A stretch of 64,000 nt of DNA from Christensenella sp. UBA2853 (lineage in GTDB: Bacteria; Bacillota; Clostridia; Christensenellales; Aristaeellaceae): the NCBI GenBank assembly GCA_002350845.1, contig DEFL01000013.1:4430-68429 (forward strand), read 5' to 3'. Under the pieces are notes generated by a model. It had not been told where the DNA came from. It saw only the letters and a program-made list of their open reading frames with translations, and searched no databases. Positions 9,795 through 18,870 of the stretch are shown here, in pieces. The stretch's first letter is position 1. Every line of letters begins with the position of its first letter. A program made the translations under genes and the position numbers.

Positions 9795-11201
9795 ATGACA
9801 AATGCCGAATTGTTTGCTCACGAATCTGACTACCCGGACTTTCCGTCGGAACGTGCCGTGGAGCATCTGAGAGATGCACTTCGCTTTCCGACCGTCAGCC
9901 ATCTTGACACATCAAAAACAGACTACTCTGCCTTTGATGCATTCCATCTTTTTCTCCGCGTAAGCTACCCGCATATTGTCAGTGCCTGTGTGTGGGAGAC
10001 CATCGGGCACAGTCTTCTGCTGAAGCTGCCCGGGAGCACTCCTTCCCTGCGTCCCGCCCTTTTCATGGCGCATCAGGATGTGGTGCCTATCAAGAGTGGG
10101 ACCGAGAAAAACTGGCAGCACGCACCGTTTTCCGGTGATCTCGCAGACGGCTTTATCTGGGGCCGCGGGGCCTTGGATATCAAGGAAATGCTGATTGGGC
10201 ATCTTGAGGCCATGGAATATCTGCTGTCCCGTGGCGGCCGGCTTCAGCGCACTGTATACTTTGCTTTTGGTGAGGATGAAGAAACCTGTTCCGGCGGTGC
10301 CATTGCAATCTGTAACCTGCTCAGGAAACGCGGCATTGAACTGGAATATGTCCTTGATGAAGGCGCCGGTGATGTCATGGACGCTGCAGATTATGGCGCT
10401 CCGGGCACACTCGCCTGCCTGATCGGGATCTATGAAAAAGGATATATGGATCTGAGGCTCAACGTCCAATCCAGGGGCGGCCACAGTTCCAATCCCTTCC
10501 ATGGAACCTCGCTCGGTCACCTTTCCGAAGCCATCGCATCCATAGTCTCCCATCCGCGGCCCCCGGTTCTGACCTACTGTCTGAAAAGTGCCCTTCGGTC
10601 ACTCTCACCGTATATCACCGTAGAACCCATGAAGACCTGGGTCAGTGATATGACGCGTTATGAGAAGGAACTCCTTGCGTGGTGCATGTCCCGTGAATCC
10701 CTGTATCATCAGGTATCCACCACCATCGCGCCGACCATGATTTCAGAAGGTTCTCCTGCTGCAAATGTTCTGCCGCAGGACATGTGGGCCGTCATCAACA
10801 TGCGTCTGGCGCCCTCTGACCCGCCGGAAGTCATGCTGGAACACTGTCGCGGCCTTGTTCCATCCGATGTGGAACTGTCCCTCGATCAGCAGATTGAGGC
10901 CTCACGTCCTTCAGACATTGACAGCTATGGTTTTATCCATCTCAAGCAGGTGCTTGAGCACTATTTTCAGCGGCTGATCTTCATCCCGGCACAGAACCGC
11001 GGGGCGACAGACTGCCGCCAGTATGAACCGGTCTGCCGTTGCTGCCTGCGCTTCGGCCCCTTCCTCGAAGAGGAAGCCGTATCCGCGGAGGGCATCCACG
11101 GCACCAATGAACGCATCTCTGTCAGAGCCTACCTGCAGGGCATTCGTGTCCTGACGCGTCTGATGGAAACCACCTGTATGAATCCGGAGGAAATGGAATG
11201 A
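9795..11201 (+). CDS. M20 family metallopeptidase (carboxypeptidase/dipeptidase-like), 468 aa
   Basis: HQDVVP, FGEDEE and GGHSS motifs typical of M20; GAGGAG RBS; stop overlaps the next start (ATGA). Confidence 0.8.
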   Translation: MTNAELFAHESDYPDFPSERAVEHLRDALRFPTVSHLDTSKTDYSAFDAFHLFLRVSYPHIVSACVWETIGHSLLLKLPGSTPSLRPALFMAHQDVVPIKSGTEKNWQHAPFSGDLADGFIWGRGALDIKEMLIGHLEAMEYLLSRGGRLQRTVYFAFGEDEETCSGGAIAICNLLRKRGIELEYVLDEGAGDVMDAADYGAPGTLACLIGIYEKGYMDLRLNVQSRGGHSSNPFHGTSLGHLSEAIASIVSHPRPPVLTYCLKSALRSLSPYITVEPMKTWVSDMTRYEKELLAWCMSRESLYHQVSTTIAPTMISEGSPAANVLPQDMWAVINMRLAPSDPPEVMLEHCRGLVPSDVELSLDQQIEASRPSDIDSYGFIHLKQVLEHYFQRLIFIPAQNRGATDCRQYEPVCRCCLRFGPFLEEEAVSAEGIHGTNERISVRAYLQGIRVLTRLMETTCMNPEEME

Positions 11202-11869
11202 GCGAGCGAGCACTGCAAATTCTGCAAGATGCTTTTCCACAGCTGGTTGAAAAGTTTTTTACCGTCACAATCCCCCTGACTCTCATGTCATTCTCCCTGG
11301 CCCTCATCATTGCGGTGATTGTTGCCATGATTCAGTATGCGCATATCAAAGGACTGAGTTTCCTCTGCCGCGTCTATATCTGGATTGTTCGCTGCACGCC
11401 CCTTCTGGTCCAGTTGTACCTGGTCTTCTATGGTCTGCCGAGCATAGGCATAGTTCTGGATGCATACCCGACCGCTGTTCTTGTCTTTGGCATCAATGAA
11501 GGTGCATACATGGCAGAATCCATGCGTGGTGCACTGGAAGCCGTTCCTTCCGGTCAGATGGAAGCGGGGTACTGTGTATCCATGACCTACCTTCAGACCA
11601 TGTGGCATGTCATCCTTCCTCAGGCTTTCCGTACAGCCTTCCCGGCCCTTTCGAATTCTCTGATTTCCATGGTGAAAGGTACCTCTCTCGCCTCTGTCAT
11701 CACGGTCACCGAAATGTTCCGTCAGGCAGTCGTCATCAACGGCCGTGTCTATGAATCGCTCGCACTGTACACCGAAGTGGCCCTGATCTACCTTGCCTTC
11801 TGCTCCGTACTGACACTTCTGCAGAGATGGGGAGAAAAGAAACTGAGTGCCTATGGAGGAACGAGATAA
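11198..11869 (+). CDS. Amino acid ABC transporter permease, 223 aa
   Basis: HisM/GlnP-like permease with EAA loop (EGAYMAESMRGALEAVPSGQMEAG); ATGA overlap with the M20 gene. Confidence 0.85.
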   Translation: MSERALQILQDAFPQLVEKFFTVTIPLTLMSFSLALIIAVIVAMIQYAHIKGLSFLCRVYIWIVRCTPLLVQLYLVFYGLPSIGIVLDAYPTAVLVFGINEGAYMAESMRGALEAVPSGQMEAGYCVSMTYLQTMWHVILPQAFRTAFPALSNSLISMVKGTSLASVITVTEMFRQAVVINGRVYESLALYTEVALIYLAFCSVLTLLQRWGEKKLSAYGGTR

Positions 11870-12618
11870 TGCTGGAAATCAAGAATGTCCATAAATCGTT
11901 TGATGCCCATACCGAGATTCTCAAAGGCATTGATCTGAAGATCAACAAAGGAGATGTGATCGCGATTCTCGGCCCTTCCGGCTCCGGAAAAACCACCCTT
12001 CTCCGGTGCATCAATTATCTGGAGCGCGCTGACAGCGGCACCATGATCTTTGACGGCGAAGAATACGACATGCACGCCATCTCCAAAAGCAGCATTACCA
12101 GGATTCGGAAAAAAACGGCCTTTGTGTTTCAGAATTACAACCTGTTTCTGAATAAAACAGTTCTGCAGAATGTGACGCTCGGTCTGACCAGCGGAAGAAA
12201 AATGAGTCGCTCCGATGCAAAAGATGCCGCCATGGATGCGCTCAAGCGTGTTGGTATGGCAGATCGCATCGATGCCTTTCCGCATCAGCTCTCCGGCGGT
12301 CAGCAGCAGCGCGTTGCCATTGCGCGCGGCCTGGCTGCAAACCCTGAAATCATCTATTTCGATGAACCCACCAGCGCCCTGGACCCGGAACTGATTGGCG
12401 AAGTCCTCAACGTGATGCGGCATCTTGCCGAGGAAGGCATGACCATGCTTGTGGTCACGCATGAGATGGGTTTTGCCCGCAATGTATCCAATTATGTGCT
12501 GTTCATGGATGACGGAAAAGTCATTGAACAGGCGCCTTCCAAAGAGTTCTTCTCCAACCCGCGTGAAGAGAGAACACGCAGCTTTATCAGCAGCATTCTG
12601 AAAAAAGGTGAATCATAA
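11869..12618 (+). CDS. Amino acid ABC transporter ATP-binding protein, about 249 aa
   Basis: Walker A GPSGSGKTT, LSGGQQQR, IYFDEPTSALD; start set at MLEIKNV (ATAATG overlap with the permease stop). Confidence 0.9.
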   Translation: MLEIKNVHKSFDAHTEILKGIDLKINKGDVIAILGPSGSGKTTLLRCINYLERADSGTMIFDGEEYDMHAISKSSITRIRKKTAFVFQNYNLFLNKTVLQNVTLGLTSGRKMSRSDAKDAAMDALKRVGMADRIDAFPHQLSGGQQQRVAIARGLAANPEIIYFDEPTSALDPELIGEVLNVMRHLAEEGMTMLVVTHEMGFARNVSNYVLFMDDGKVIEQAPSKEFFSNPREERTRSFISSILKKGES

Positions 12619-12624
12619 TCACAG

Positions 12625-12652
12625 AGCGGCTCTCTATCCAGAGCCGCTTTTT
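12625..12652 (+). terminator. Intrinsic terminator of the amino-acid ABC operon
   Basis: AGCGGCTCT-ctatcc-AGAGCCGCT followed by TTTT. Confidence 0.8.
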
Positions 12653-12686
12653 CATTCCCTGGCTGTTCATTCCATGGATCCCCACA

Positions 12687-12713
12687 GAAAAAGCCGGTCC
12701 ATCAGGCCGGCCT
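12687..12713 (-). terminator. Intrinsic terminator of the minus-strand HAD / AAA-CYTH operon
   Basis: On the minus strand: GGCCGG-cctgatgga-CCGGC followed by TTTTT. Confidence 0.7.
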
Positions 12714-12735
12714 TTCCATTGCTGTGAACACAATA

Positions 12736-13842
12736 TCAGAGTTTCTGCACAAGGGCGAGCATTCGATTTTTATATTCCTCCTCGCCGGTCACTTCCCGGA
12801 TGACTTTCAGTTCTTCCGGGATCACCGTGTCATTGGAAGGCGCATACTGGAAAAGGATGGCTTTGTCCTCTGAGAAAGGATAGACATCCACTTCATACCT
12901 GCATGTGTCCGCGATAAAACGATATTTGTTCTTGCGCACATGATGAAGCGCAGAATCCGATTCCATCAGGTATTTCACATACTGCTTTTCCGAGATCGGT
13001 TTCTCTGTCACCCACTTCGCGCCATCCTCGCGGGTGTGCTTTTCCGTATAGAAATACAGATAGTCTTCCCCGTTCTTCTGCTGCCGAATACGGCGCTCCA
13101 CACCGGGCTGGGTTACCACCAGATAGCTCTGCATCATGTCCAGCATCACTGCATTGTACTTCTTTTTGAGCTGCTCCAGGTCCGGCATCTCAATCAGGAA
13201 CTTCCGTTTGGCCACCATAGGCTCCGGCTCACCGAGAACACGATAGATTTCACGCATGGCGCGGTTCATCTTCTGCTCAAAATCGTCGGAGTTATCAATG
13301 ATATGCAGATTGGGATGCCCGCTCCAGGCCCTGAGTGTCCGGTCATCCATTTCTCTTGCATACTCCAGCGATTCCGTCCGTGCTTCATTGGCCAGATTGT
13401 AGGCAAATTCCGCACCTTTGGCGCAGGTGACCAGATGAAGCACTGCATCATATCCTGCAAGGACAGAGGCCTCTGTTCTGCCGTCGAAATGTGACAGAAC
13501 CTCCGCGAATTCTTCATCGGAGATATATGCCTTATCATCCATCAGTGCGCGGTCATAAATAATGAGGATGTTGTCCTCATTGACAATCTGTGCCGCATCA
13601 AGGGCAAGCTTCTCCTTGTGAATCTGATCAGCGATCACAAAATCCTGAAAAGCCAGCATGCTCATACAGTTGCCGAAAGGCCGGATTCCAAAGCCGGAAA
13701 TCAGTTCTGTAGCCGTTTCAGGGATGGTGAAAACACGCCATCCTTCTTCCTGTTTAAACTCATGCAGAATCCGGCTGATCAATGTCGTCTTACCACCAGC
13801 AGGGCCGCCCGTCAGAACAATTTTCGTGATTTTTTTGCTCAT
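12736..13842 (-). CDS. AAA/P-loop NTPase (NadR-kinase-like AAA_28) fused to a C-terminal CYTH-like domain, 368 aa
   Basis: P-loop GGPAGGKTT at the N-terminus; C-terminal half starts KRKFLIE (CYTH-type ExExK-like beginning) with conserved basic/acidic strands; ATGA overlap with the upstream HAD gene. Confidence 0.6.
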   Translation of the reverse strand: MSKKITKIVLTGGPAGGKTTLISRILHEFKQEEGWRVFTIPETATELISGFGIRPFGNCMSMLAFQDFVIADQIHKEKLALDAAQIVNEDNILIIYDRALMDDKAYISDEEFAEVLSHFDGRTEASVLAGYDAVLHLVTCAKGAEFAYNLANEARTESLEYAREMDDRTLRAWSGHPNLHIIDNSDDFEQKMNRAMREIYRVLGEPEPMVAKRKFLIEMPDLEQLKKKYNAVMLDMMQSYLVVTQPGVERRIRQQKNGEDYLYFYTEKHTREDGAKWVTEKPISEKQYVKYLMESDSALHHVRKNKYRFIADTCRYEVDVYPFSEDKAILFQYAPSNDTVIPEELKVIREVTGEEEYKNRMLALVQKL

Positions 13843-14513
13843 TGCTTTTTCTCCTCTTCAGAAAACAGCCATTGGTTCAGTTCGGTAATGCGTTTAAAAT
13901 ACAGGTCACAGTTGTTTCGCATAAACGACTCAATTTCCGGAATATCATTCGCCCAGCCGGCTGCGGCAAACGGCACATGCACTTTTCGGGCCATGTCATA
14001 ACCCGGCTTCAGGTCATCCAGAACCAGCATTTCTTCCGGCTGAAGATGGTAGGTCTCCATGATCTGCTCAAGCGGCCAGCTGTTGGGCTTGCGCTTGTCC
14101 GGAGGGCATTCCCACCCGAAGATCATGTCCGGCTCGGGAAGGTTATTTTCCCGATAATCCCTGAGAATATTGTCTCTGTAGGAATGAGATATCACACAGA
14201 GTATGCCGCCTTCTGCCTTCTGTCTGAGAAGAATATCCCGCATGCCGGGGTATACTTTCGGTATATGATGCTGCACGTATTCATTCCAATAGGTCTGTTC
14301 ATGCATCATCTGTTCCTGGGTCATGCCAACTTCTTTCCCGAAAAACGCGACAACGCCGGGATCAAAATTCTTCAGGAAGTAATGTTCCAGCGTGCAGGTA
14401 TAATTTGGAAAGTACTCTGCACAATACTGAACAAAGCAGGGATAATGCACGGTTGCCGTTGAATTGACAACAGTGTCATCATGATCCACTATCAGGCATC
14501 GGTACTTCAGCAA
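13839..14513 (-). CDS. HAD-superfamily hydrolase, about 224 aa
   Basis: Motif I LIVDHDDTV; TTG start at 14513 preceded by GGAGGAG. The ORF-track start at 14693 would add a Cys-rich 60 aa with no RBS. Confidence 0.65.
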   Translation of the reverse strand: MLKYRCLIVDHDDTVVNSTATVHYPCFVQYCAEYFPNYTCTLEHYFLKNFDPGVVAFFGKEVGMTQEQMMHEQTYWNEYVQHHIPKVYPGMRDILLRQKAEGGILCVISHSYRDNILRDYRENNLPEPDMIFGWECPPDKRKPNSWPLEQIMETYHLQPEEMLVLDDLKPGYDMARKVHVPFAAAGWANDIPEIESFMRNNCDLYFKRITELNQWLFSEEEKKQ

Positions 14514-14714
14514 TATGGCTCCTCCGTTCAGGCGCTTGTTTCCCATTCCACAGCGACAGGTTTGACAGTGCGAGGATATCATATTTTCTGCGGTTTGGTC
14601 AATCTTTTTTCCGCCCCTGCCAACCATCATGCAACGGCTTCTATGTCCGAACCATGTTCCATTGCATTTCCCGTTACTGTATAGCAGACCCATTTCTATG
14701 CTTCGATGTCTTCA

Positions 14715-14751
14715 ACGGCAGGTATGCGTACGCAGCCTGCCGTTTGTTTTC
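14715..14751 (+). terminator. Orphan plus-strand terminator-like hairpin in a divergent intergenic region
   Basis: ACGGCAGGtaTGCGtaCGCAgCCTGCCGT followed by TTGTTTTCT; no supported plus-strand gene upstream. Confidence 0.45.
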
Positions 14752-14908
14752 TGCATTTGAAGCAGATTTCCGTCTGCTTGATGCGCCGCGAAGGTGAAAG
14801 CCTGTGTAAAATTATATTATTTTATCCCTAAAAGTGATTTATTCTTTACGAAAACCGGGAAAAGTACTATAATACAGAAAACACATCTTCATAAGGAGGT
14901 TCCATTCC

Positions 14909-15964
14909 ATGAAAAAGTTTGTATCTTTTGTATTGGCTCTTGTCATGCTGCTGTCTGTATGCGCATTCGCAATGGCTGAAGGCGCAAACACCAAAGGCAC
15001 CGGTGTTGAACTGACCGTCTACACAAACTCCGGTTCTTCCGGACGTGCGGACTGGCTTCGTGAGCGCGCAGCTCAGGACGGCTTCAAACTGACCATCGTT
15101 GAAGAAGGCGCCGGTGCAGTCCAGCAGCGTCTGATTAACGAAGGCGCAGCCACCCCCTGCGACGTCGTTTTCGGTCTCAACGCCATCATCTGGAACGATC
15201 TGATCTCCCGCGACATCATCGCCAAGATCGATGCTCCCTCCTGGGCATCCGAAGTCAGCGAAGGTCTGAATGATCCCAATGGTTACTACTATGCCATCGT
15301 GAAGCAGGCCATTCTCCTTGCTTATGATACCAACCAGGTTGCTCCTGAAGATGCTCCGAAGGACTGGCCTGATCTCTGGGAAAACGAAAAGTTCTGGACC
15401 AAGTATGAATCCCAGATCAAGCTGACCGGCGGCACCACCCGCAACGTCCTTGCCGGCATCCTGACCCGTTACATTGATCCCAACGGCGAGCTGGGCATCT
15501 CCGATGAAGGCTGGGCCGCTATTAAAGCTTTCTTTGCTCATGGCACTCCTGTGGAAGACGGCGTCGATCTCTATGCTCAGATCGTGAACGAATCCTCCCC
15601 TGTTCTGATGGGTCAGATGTGGTCCTCCGGTGCTGACCAGTACGATGAGAAGTACGGCACCAAGACCGGCTATGCTGTTCCCGAATGCGGCATTCCTTAT
15701 GCTGTGGAAGGCGTTGCTGTCATCAAGACCACCAAGAACATGGACGAAGCACTCCGCTTTGTTGAATGGTTCGGTTCTGCTCAGATCCAGGGTGAATGGA
15801 GCGAACAGTTCAAGACCATGCCGGCAAACGAAAAGGCTGCCGATAAGGCTCCTGCCAGCCAGATCGAAATGTGCTCCATTCCTGCACAGAATATCGACTG
15901 GGCACTGGTTGCTGCCAATATCGATGCCTGGTGCGAAAAGATCATGCTCGAATACATGCAGTAA
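14909..15964 (+). CDS. ABC transporter solute-binding protein (FbpA/PotD-like), 351 aa
   Basis: Signal peptide MKKFVSFVLALVMLLSVCAFA; AAGGAGG RBS; TATAAT -10 at about 14866; followed by ATPase and fused permease genes. Confidence 0.85.
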   Translation: MKKFVSFVLALVMLLSVCAFAMAEGANTKGTGVELTVYTNSGSSGRADWLRERAAQDGFKLTIVEEGAGAVQQRLINEGAATPCDVVFGLNAIIWNDLISRDIIAKIDAPSWASEVSEGLNDPNGYYYAIVKQAILLAYDTNQVAPEDAPKDWPDLWENEKFWTKYESQIKLTGGTTRNVLAGILTRYIDPNGELGISDEGWAAIKAFFAHGTPVEDGVDLYAQIVNESSPVLMGQMWSSGADQYDEKYGTKTGYAVPECGIPYAVEGVAVIKTTKNMDEALRFVEWFGSAQIQGEWSEQFKTMPANEKAADKAPASQIEMCSIPAQNIDWALVAANIDAWCEKIMLEYMQ

Positions 15965-16091
15965 TAATTCCAAGCGCATTCAGTACGCTGCCTGGAATGG
16001 CATGTGCATCATGTAATGCCTGGGGCAAGGACTTCCTTGCCCCGTTTTTTTCAAAAAGATACATTTTAATGAAAAGGATGGAGGCCACCAC

Positions 16092-17102
16092 ATGATTCGT
16101 TTGGACGGCATTGAGGTGCGTTTCGGCGATTTTACCGCACTGAAGGATATCAATATTCACGTTAAAGAAGGAGAATTCTACACTTTTCTCGGACCTTCCG
16201 GCTGCGGAAAAACAACCACACTGCGCACAATCACCGGCTTTATCGAGCCGGTCAAGGGAACCGTCACTGTAAAAGGCAAAGACCTCACCCATGTCCCGGT
16301 GGAAAAGCGCAATATCGGCATGGTCTTTCAGAACTATGCTCTTTTCCCCAGCATGAGTGTGTATGAAAACATTGCCTTCGGCATGCGGGTCAAGAAAGTC
16401 AACAAGACAGACATCGACCGCCGCGTGAAAGAAATGGCCGCCAAAGTTGACCTCACCGATCAGCAGCTCGGCCGCAAAGTGGCTGAACTGAGCGGTGGTC
16501 AGCAGCAGCGTGTCGCCATTGCCCGTGCACTGGTGAATAATCCCGAAATCATTTGTCTTGATGAACCCCTTTCCAACCTGGACGCCAAGCTTCGTGTGCA
16601 GCTGCGCGGCGAACTGAAGGAAATGCAGCGCAAGTTTGGCATCACCACGGTCTATGTTACGCATGACCAGGAAGAAGCGCTGACACTCTCCGACTGCATC
16701 GCCGTATTCAACAAAGGCTTTATCGAACAGATTGGCACCCCCAATGAAATCTATTCTGCTTCCAAGACTGAATTCGTCTGCAATTTTATCGGTGATATCA
16801 ATAAGCTCTCCCCTGTCACCGTTGCCAAAATCAATTCGCAGACCGGCCGCAGCCTGAATCCGGAAGCTGCCACCTATATCCGGCTGGAACGCATTCACGT
16901 CAATGAGCCCCATGTTCAGGGCCGTGCTGTTCTTCCTGCCAAAGTCATCGGTGCCGAATACTTCGGCCTGTACATCAAGTATCTTCTCGATCTGGAAGGC
17001 CAGACACTCAAATGCATTGACAAGAATGACGGCCGCCAGTATCTCAAGTCCGGCGATCAGGTGGAAGTCGCCATTGATCCTGCCGATCTGATGGTGTATT
17101 GA
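16092..17102 (+). CDS. ABC importer ATP-binding protein, 336 aa
   Basis: GPSGCGKTT, LSGGQQQR, ICLDEPLSNLD. Confidence 0.9.
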   Translation: MIRLDGIEVRFGDFTALKDINIHVKEGEFYTFLGPSGCGKTTTLRTITGFIEPVKGTVTVKGKDLTHVPVEKRNIGMVFQNYALFPSMSVYENIAFGMRVKKVNKTDIDRRVKEMAAKVDLTDQQLGRKVAELSGGQQQRVAIARALVNNPEIICLDEPLSNLDAKLRVQLRGELKEMQRKFGITTVYVTHDQEEALTLSDCIAVFNKGFIEQIGTPNEIYSASKTEFVCNFIGDINKLSPVTVAKINSQTGRSLNPEAATYIRLERIHVNEPHVQGRAVLPAKVIGAEYFGLYIKYLLDLEGQTLKCIDKNDGRQYLKSGDQVEVAIDPADLMVY

Positions 17103-17113
17103 GGAGGCAAGTT

Positions 17114-18865
17114 ATGCAAGCGATTAAAGTTCCGTTGAAAACCAGGCTTGCACGCATGACACCGGGACAGATGATCATGTTCGGTATTCTGGCTGCCATC
17201 TTCATCTGGTTCATCATGGCGTGCATGATTCTGCCAATCCTGAACCTTCTCAAAACCGTCTTTTTTGAGGGCGGGAAACTTTCAGTCGATGCTTTCCAGA
17301 AACTGCTGAAGTCCTCGCGTGCCATGAAGGCCCTGAGGAATTCCTTTATCCTCGCACCAACCCTCTCGATTACAGTCGGTTTTGTTGGAATCTCACTGGT
17401 ACTGATCACAGAATACTTTGATATCAAAGGTTCCAAGATTCTGCGCCTGGGCTACCTGACCACGCTGATTTACGGAGGCGTCACACTGGTCTCCGGTTAT
17501 AAGTTCATTTACAGCAACACCGGTGTTCTGACCAATCTTATGGCCAGCATCTTCCCCAACATGAACAGGAACTGGTTTACCGGATACTGGGCCGTGCTGT
17601 TCGTCATGACCTTCAGCTGCACCAGCAATCATATGATCTTCCTGCGCAACGCCATGCGTTCCGTGGACTTCCAGACAGTGGAAGCTGCACGCAATATGGG
17701 TGCAAGCCAGTGGTATATTCTGCGCAGGGTTGTTCTGCCGGTCCTGCTGCCCAGCCTTTTCGCCGTCACCATCCTGACCTTCATTACCGGTCTGTGCGCA
17801 ATGAGTGCACCGCTTCTGGTCGGCGGGAAAGATTTTCAGACCATCAACCCCATGATCAAACAGTTTGCTGATATGACAACCACCAGCGCAAAGTCACTAT
17901 CAGCCACACTGTCCCTCGTCCTGGGTCTGGCCACGATGATCCTGCTTGCCATTCTGACCGCCATTGAGCGTCGTGGACACTATATGTCTGTTTCCAAGGT
18001 GAAGACCAAGATTGTCAAGCAGAAGATCACGAATCCCGTCGTGAACGTGCTCGTGCATATTTATGCTTATGTACTGTTTGTCATCTACGTCATCCCGGTC
18101 GTTCTGATTGTTCTCTTCTCCTTCTCAGACTCAGCGCATATCCAGATGCGGCAGCTCGATTTCAGTACATTTTCTCTGCAGAACTATGTCCAGCTGCTCA
18201 GTCAGAATACTGCCTACAGACCGTTTGTTGTTTCCATTGTGTATTCTGCGCTCGCAGCGATTATTGTTGGTGCACTGGTCATTGTGGCCTGCCGCTACAT
18301 TCAGAAGCGCCGCAACAGTGTTTCTGCGACAGCCCTTGAATACAGCCTGATGCTCCCCTGGCTCCTGCCTTCTACCATGATCGCTCTGAGCCTGATGCTG
18401 GCCTTTAACCAGCCGCGGTGGTACATGTTCAACCAGCCGCTGATTGCAACGCTTCAGCTGCTGCTGATCGGCTACATTATTGTCAAGCTGCCCTTTACCA
18501 TGCGCATGACCAAGGCCGCTTTCTTTGGATTGGACGATGCCCTGGAAGATGCCTCCCGTAACCTCGGAGCGAGCGGCCTGTACACATTCCGCCGGGTCAT
18601 TTTCCCGGTGCTTCTGCCTACAGTGCTTGCCATTGCTGCCCTGAACTTTAACGGACTGCTAACAGACTATGATATTTCAGCTTTCCTGCATCATCCGGCC
18701 AATCCCACGCTTGGTGTCAAAATCAAGAGCCTGACCGAAGAAATGGGCAACAGTTCTGATGGTGTTGCACTCACCTTCGTCTATGCCGTACTGATGATGA
18801 TCATCTCCGCTGTTGTGCTGTATCTGGTCTATGGCCGCGGAAGCCGTGACGACCTGAAAGGATAA
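17114..18865 (+). CDS. ABC transporter permease, duplicated two-module type, about 583 aa
   Basis: 12 TM; two EAA-like loops (EAARNMGASQ, EDASRNLGASG); ATG at 17114 after GAGGAGG. Confidence 0.85.
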   Translation: MQAIKVPLKTRLARMTPGQMIMFGILAAIFIWFIMACMILPILNLLKTVFFEGGKLSVDAFQKLLKSSRAMKALRNSFILAPTLSITVGFVGISLVLITEYFDIKGSKILRLGYLTTLIYGGVTLVSGYKFIYSNTGVLTNLMASIFPNMNRNWFTGYWAVLFVMTFSCTSNHMIFLRNAMRSVDFQTVEAARNMGASQWYILRRVVLPVLLPSLFAVTILTFITGLCAMSAPLLVGGKDFQTINPMIKQFADMTTTSAKSLSATLSLVLGLATMILLAILTAIERRGHYMSVSKVKTKIVKQKITNPVVNVLVHIYAYVLFVIYVIPVVLIVLFSFSDSAHIQMRQLDFSTFSLQNYVQLLSQNTAYRPFVVSIVYSALAAIIVGALVIVACRYIQKRRNSVSATALEYSLMLPWLLPSTMIALSLMLAFNQPRWYMFNQPLIATLQLLLIGYIIVKLPFTMRMTKAAFFGLDDALEDASRNLGASGLYTFRRVIFPVLLPTVLAIAALNFNGLLTDYDISAFLHHPANPTLGVKIKSLTEEMGNSSDGVALTFVYAVLMMIISAVVLYLVYGRGSRDDLKG

Positions 18866-18870
18866 TACCG

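Noticed and set aside
14514-14693. Cys-rich 60-aa N-terminal extension of the HAD ORF (CNGTWFGHRSRC...CQTCRC) as a possible zinc ribbon
   Set aside because: The Cys spacing is not a canonical CxxC...CxxC. There is no RBS at 14693. A strong GGAGGAG RBS precedes the TTG at 14513, immediately before HAD motif I. A promoter-like TTGACC-18-TATCCT lies inside the extension.
14867-15979. Long antisense ORFs opposite real genes (this 370-aa one; also 3009-4151 +, 15942-16913 -, 27090-27953 +, 28686-29708 +, 37304-39274 -, 40620-41969 +, 52061-52996 +)
   Set aside because: They are shadow ORFs typical of moderately GC-rich DNA. They have low-complexity or Arg/His/Cys-rich composition, no RBS and no recognisable motifs, while the opposite strand encodes proteins with clear family signatures.
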